Assembly (NCBI GenBank): GCA_964387485.1
Contig: CAYLWV010000001.1
Coordinates: 1-54,258 of the forward strand
Origin: an uncultured Dechloromonas sp.
GTDB taxonomy: Bacteria > Pseudomonadota > Gammaproteobacteria > Burkholderiales > Rhodocyclaceae
Direction of reading: 5' to 3'
Length of the DNA: 54,258 nt
In this document: piece by piece, positions 50,407 to 54,258 of the stretch
How the letters are laid out: each line of letters begins with the position of its first letter
How positions within the stretch are numbered: position 1 is the stretch's first letter
Notes under the pieces: model-generated
Databases searched by the model: none
Seen by the model: only the letters and a program-made list of their open reading frames with translations
What the model was told of the DNA's origin: nothing
Program-made: the position numbers and the translations under genes

Positions 50407-50880
50407 ATGGCAGAACGTGAAGCACAAGTCATCGAAATCGTGACCAGACCCGGACCCGAGGTTCCCGGTCTGGTACGTCTGGCTTTCGAAATCAACAGCG
50501 GTTGCGGCCGTTGTCATGAAACCGGTGGCTGCGGTGGTGTCAGTATTGCCCAGCCCGTATGCAGCAAGCCGAGAACCCTCCTGGTGCCTGATCGTGTGGG
50601 CCTGAATCTCAACGACCGGGTGCTGGTTGAGGTGCCTGATGTCATGCTGAGCCGTGGCGCTACCCGGGCCTATCTGATTCCCCTGTTGCTGCTGTTCGTC
50701 GGCAGTGTGCTGGGTGGTGCCGTATTGCCTTCGGTCCTGCCGCTCACCTGGCAGGTCACTGCGGATATCGGCGCCATGGCCGGCGCCGGCATCGGCCTGG
50801 TCGCGGCATGGTGGCAGCTACAGCGTAGCCAGCATTCAGACACGATTCCCGTTCCGCATATTGTTCACCGTCTTTCCTGA
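50407..50880 (+). CDS. rseC: RseC/MucC family protein
   Basis: CGRC...GGCG, D.V.V, AYLIPLL, two C-terminal TMs. Confidence 0.8.
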   Translation: MAEREAQVIEIVTRPGPEVPGLVRLAFEINSGCGRCHETGGCGGVSIAQPVCSKPRTLLVPDRVGLNLNDRVLVEVPDVMLSRGATRAYLIPLLLLFVGSVLGGAVLPSVLPLTWQVTADIGAMAGAGIGLVAAWWQLQRSQHSDTIPVPHIVHRLS

Positions 50881-50895
50881 TTCACCGCCTACTTT

Positions 50896-52362
50896 ATGAC
50901 GTTTGCCATGCCGAAAACACTGATTCAGTTTCTGCGTCTTTCTCTCATTTGCATTTTTCTATCAATGGGTGCCTTTTCACATGTGACTCTGGCACAGAGC
51001 CGTGGGCTTCCGGACTTCGTTGATCTGGCAGAAAAGCAATCACCGTCCGTGGTGAACATCAGCACGGTGCAGAATGGTCGGGGCAAAGCTACCAATGGTT
51101 TTCCCATGGATCCGACGGATCCGGCTTTTGAAATTTTCCGCCGTTTCTTCCCTCAGCCGCCGGGCGGTATGCAACAGCAACCCGAAAATCGCTCTCTGGG
51201 TTCAGGCTTCATCATCAGTGCGGATGGTTATGTGATGACCAATGCCCACGTGATCGAGGGCGCCGATGAAGTGAACGTCAAACTCCTTGATAAACGCGAG
51301 TTCCGGGCCAAGGTCATCGGTGCGGATAAGCGGACCGATGTGGCGCTGCTCAAGATTGATGCCAATGGCCTGCCGGCAGTCCGCCTGGGCGATTCCAATG
51401 CGTTGAAGCCGGGGGAATGGGTTGTGGCGATCGGTAGCCCGTTCGGCTTCGAACATTCGGTGACCGCGGGGATTGTCAGTGCCAAGGGGCGCGCTTTGCC
51501 CCAGGAGAATTACGTTCCGTTTATCCAGACGGATGTCGCCATTAACCCAGGAAACTCTGGTGGCCCGCTGTTTAATCTGCGTGGTGAGGTGATTGGTATC
51601 AACTCCCAGATTTTCAGCCGGTCTGGCGGGTTCATGGGTATTTCGTTTGCCATCCCGATTGATCTGGCGATGGACATCCAGCAGCAATTGCGTAGCCGGG
51701 GGCGCGCTAGCCACGGCCGCATGGGCGTCTCCATCCAGGAGGTCACTCGTGAAGTGGCTGAAGCCTTTGGCTTACCGAAAGCCGGTGGTGCTCTGGTCAA
51801 TAGCATTGAGCCGAATGGACCGGCAGCACGCGCCGGTATTGAGCCGGGCGACGTGATTATGCGTTTTGACGGCAAGCCGGTCACGGCGTCGAGCGATTTG
51901 CCGCGTATGGTGGGGTTACTCAAGCCGGGTACCAAGGCCATGGTCGAGCTGTGGCGTAAGGGCCAGACGCGCACGGTGACGGTGACCATTGGCGAATTCC
52001 AGGACGAACGGATGGCGACCAATAAGCCGGCTAGCCGCGGCGTTGGTGAAGCCACCAACAGTCGATTGGGCATTGCTGTATCCGATCTCAGTGCTGAGCA
52101 GAAGCAGCAGATGCGTCTGAATGCCGGCATTCTGGTGGTGGATATCCGTCCGGGCAGTCGTATCGACCTTCGCCCGGGTGATGTCATTCTCGCCGTCACC
52201 GCGAAGGGTGATACCCAGGATATCCGTACGGTTCAGCAGTTCAATCAGCTCATTGGTCAACTGGACGGCCGGACGCCGGCAACCCTGCTGATCCGTCGTT
52301 CGAATGTCCAGATTTTTGTGCCGATTCCGCAAAGTCAGCCCGGCCAACCCGGTACGCGATAA
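50896..52362 (+). CDS. DegP/MucD family periplasmic serine protease with two PDZ domains
   Basis: Signal peptide, GSGFII, TNAHV, TDVALL, GNSGGPL, two PDZ domains. Confidence 0.93.
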   Translation: MTFAMPKTLIQFLRLSLICIFLSMGAFSHVTLAQSRGLPDFVDLAEKQSPSVVNISTVQNGRGKATNGFPMDPTDPAFEIFRRFFPQPPGGMQQQPENRSLGSGFIISADGYVMTNAHVIEGADEVNVKLLDKREFRAKVIGADKRTDVALLKIDANGLPAVRLGDSNALKPGEWVVAIGSPFGFEHSVTAGIVSAKGRALPQENYVPFIQTDVAINPGNSGGPLFNLRGEVIGINSQIFSRSGGFMGISFAIPIDLAMDIQQQLRSRGRASHGRMGVSIQEVTREVAEAFGLPKAGGALVNSIEPNGPAARAGIEPGDVIMRFDGKPVTASSDLPRMVGLLKPGTKAMVELWRKGQTRTVTVTIGEFQDERMATNKPASRGVGEATNSRLGIAVSDLSAEQKQQMRLNAGILVVDIRPGSRIDLRPGDVILAVTAKGDTQDIRTVQQFNQLIGQLDGRTPATLLIRRSNVQIFVPIPQSQPGQPGTR

Positions 52363-52366
52363 TCCC

Positions 52367-52397
52367 GACATGGCCGCCACTCGTGTGGTGGCCTGTC
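52367..52397. other. GC-rich stem-loop downstream of degP
   Basis: GACA-T-GGCCGCCAC-TCGT-GTGGTGGCC-TGTC; no U-tract. Confidence 0.45.
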
Positions 52398-52493
52398 CGG
52401 CCCCCGGATCCGGTAGAATAATGGGTTGATCGAGCATCCTGGTGATGCTCCTAAAGCACTTGATGCCAGCCATGGGCTGGAAAATGGAATTCC

Positions 52494-54258
52494 GTGAAGC
52501 ACATACGCAACTTTTCGATCATTGCCCACATTGACCATGGTAAATCGACCCTGGCAGACCGTCTGATTCATCGCTGCGGCGGCTTGTCCGACCGTGAGAT
52601 GGCCGCCCAGGTTCTTGATTCGATGGATATCGAAAAGGAACGTGGTATTACCATCAAGGCGCAGACCGCCGCCCTGGATTACAAGGCCAAGGATGGTCAG
52701 ACTTATCGTCTGAACCTGATCGATACCCCGGGGCACGTGGACTTCTCCTACGAAGTATCACGCTCGCTGTCCGCCTGTGAAGGTGCGTTGCTGGTCGTTG
52801 ACGCCTCGCAGGGCGTGGAAGCTCAGACTGTGGCCAATTGCTATACGGCTCTTGATCTGGGTGTCGAGGTCGTGCCGGTACTGAACAAGATTGATCTGCC
52901 ATCAGCCAACCCTGATAACGCCCGTGCCGAAATCGAAGACGTGATCGGCATTGATGCCACCGAAGCGGTGGAGGCCAGCGCCAAAACCGGTATCGGCATC
53001 GACGACATTCTCGAACAGGTCGTTGCGAAGATTCCGGCACCGGTAGGCGACCCGGATGCACCGCTCAAAGCCCTGATTGTGGACTCGTGGTTCGATAACT
53101 ATGTCGGCGTCGTGATGCTCGTCCGCGTGATTGATGGCACACTGAAGCCCAAAGACAAGATGCGCCTCATGTCGACCGGCGCCACCCACCTGTGTGAACA
53201 GGTCGGCATCTTTACCCCGAAATCGAAGCAGCAACCGCAACTCTCGGCAGGGGAAGTGGGCTTCGTGATTTCCGGTCTCAAGGAGCTGAAGGCTGCCCGT
53301 GTCGGTGACACCATCACGTTGGCGGATCGTCCGGCCGATAAGCCCCTGGATGGCTTCAAGGAAATCAAACCGCAGGTGTTCGCCGGTCTGTACCCGGTGG
53401 AGCCAAACGAATACGAGCAGTTACGTGACTCTCTGGAAAAGCTGCAGCTCAATGATGCCGCATTGCAATTCGAGCCGGAAGTGTCGCAGGCGCTGGGCTT
53501 TGGTTTCCGTTGTGGTTTCCTGGGGCTGTTGCACATGGAAATTGTGCAAGAGCGCCTGGAACGCGAATTCGACATGGATCTCATCACCACGGCACCGACC
53601 GTCGTATATGAGGTCGGTCTACGTAATGGTGAGCAGATCATCGTTGAGAACCCGTCGAAGCTGCCGGATATCGGCAAGATCGAGGAGATCCGCGAACCGA
53701 TCATTACCGCCTTTATCTTTTTGCCACAGGACTATGTGGGCCCTGTGATCACACTGTGTAATCAGAAACGGGGTTCGCAGATTGATATGCGTTATCACGG
53801 CCGTCAGGTGCAGATGATCTATGAACTGCCGTTGTCGGAAGTGGTTTTCGATTTCTTTGACAAACTGAAGTCGGTATCACGGGGTTATGCCTCGCTCGAT
53901 TATGAGTTCAAGGAATATCGTCCTGCTGATATGGTCAAGCTGGATGTGCTGATTAATGGCGACAAGGTGGATGCCCTGTCGTTGATCGTGCACCGTTCCA
54001 GTTCGGTCTACCGTGGCCGGGAACTCGTCAGCAAGATGCGTGAACTGATTCCGCGTCAGATGTACGATGTGGCTATTCAGGCAGCACTCGGTGCGCAGAT
54101 TATTGCCCGCGAAACAGTCAAAGCCATGCGTAAGGACGTGCTGGCCAAGTGTTATGGCGGTGACATTTCCCGTAAGAAGAAACTGCTCGAGAAACAGAAA
54201 GCCGGTAAGAAGCGCATGAAGCAGATCGGCACCGTTGAAGTGCCGCAGGAAGCCTTCC
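52494..54258 (+). CDS. lepA: Elongation factor 4 (partial, runs off window end; absent from ORF track)
   Basis: GTG start, [53 protein letters not shown]. Confidence 0.97.
   Translation, partial: MKHIRNFSIIAHIDHGKSTLADRLIHRCGGLSDREMAAQVLDSMDIEKERGITIKAQTAALDYKAKDGQTYRLNLIDTPGHVDFSYEVSRSLSACEGALLVVDASQGVEAQTVANCYTALDLGVEVVPVLNKIDLPSANPDNARAEIEDVIGIDATEAVEASAKTGIGIDDILEQVVAKIPAPVGDPDAPLKALIVDSWFDNYVGVVMLVRVIDGTLKPKDKMRLMSTGATHLCEQVGIFTPKSKQQPQLSAGEVGFVISGLKELKAARVGDTITLADRPADKPLDGFKEIKPQVFAGLYPVEPNEYEQLRDSLEKLQLNDAALQFEPEVSQALGFGFRCGFLGLLHMEIVQERLEREFDMDLITTAPTVVYEVGLRNGEQIIVENPSKLPDIGKIEEIREPIITAFIFLPQDYVGPVITLCNQKRGSQIDMRYHGRQVQMIYELPLSEVVFDFFDKLKSVSRGYASLDYEFKEYRPADMVKLDVLINGDKVDALSLIVHRSSSVYRGRELVSKMRELIPRQMYDVAIQAALGAQIIARETVKAMRKDVLAKCYGGDISRKKKLLEKQKAGKKRMKQIGTVEVPQEAF

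Noticed and set aside
52335-53748. ORF-track entries in the last 2 kb
   Set aside because: All are shadows of lepA, which the track missed because its stop lies beyond the window

Overview
A 54-kb core-chromosome segment from a GC-rich betaproteobacterium. Protein sequences and gene order look Rhodocyclales-like, which is an inference. Most of it is housekeeping: malY/patB, ppiD, fabI, a peptide ABC transporter, mltD, four tRNAs (Ala-GGC, Glu-TTC, Asp-GTC, Val-CAC), gltX, tadA, an L,D-transpeptidase, ygfZ, mltG-tmk-holB-tatD, tyrB/aspC, uvrB, rne/rluC, maf-yceD-rpmF-plsX-fabH-fabD-fabG-acpP-fabF, nadB, and rpoE-rseA-rseC-degP-lepA (lepA runs off the window end). I saw no integrase, transposase, phage gene or CRISPR array. 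The best candidate for an undescribed system is a compact divergent LPS-remodelling locus at 1.2-6.6 kb. It has an Asp-box sialidase-fold protein coupled to a small polytopic membrane protein, which is the architecture of the two-component Kdo hydrolase of Francisella and Helicobacter. Back to back with it are a GT9 transferase lacking the usual catalytic Asp, a GtrA-type flippase and an ArnT-like GT-C transferase. Other notable items: an ion-channel cluster after tRNA-Val (DUF6394-like protein, tandem-RCK K+ channel, and a pore-only mini-channel with an SGMG filter); PpiD with its PPIase domain cleanly missing; a sigmaE operon with a cytoplasm-only RseA and no rseB; an atypical tRNA-Val D-arm; and several apparently leaderless genes. 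All family calls come from motif recognition by eye, not database searches.
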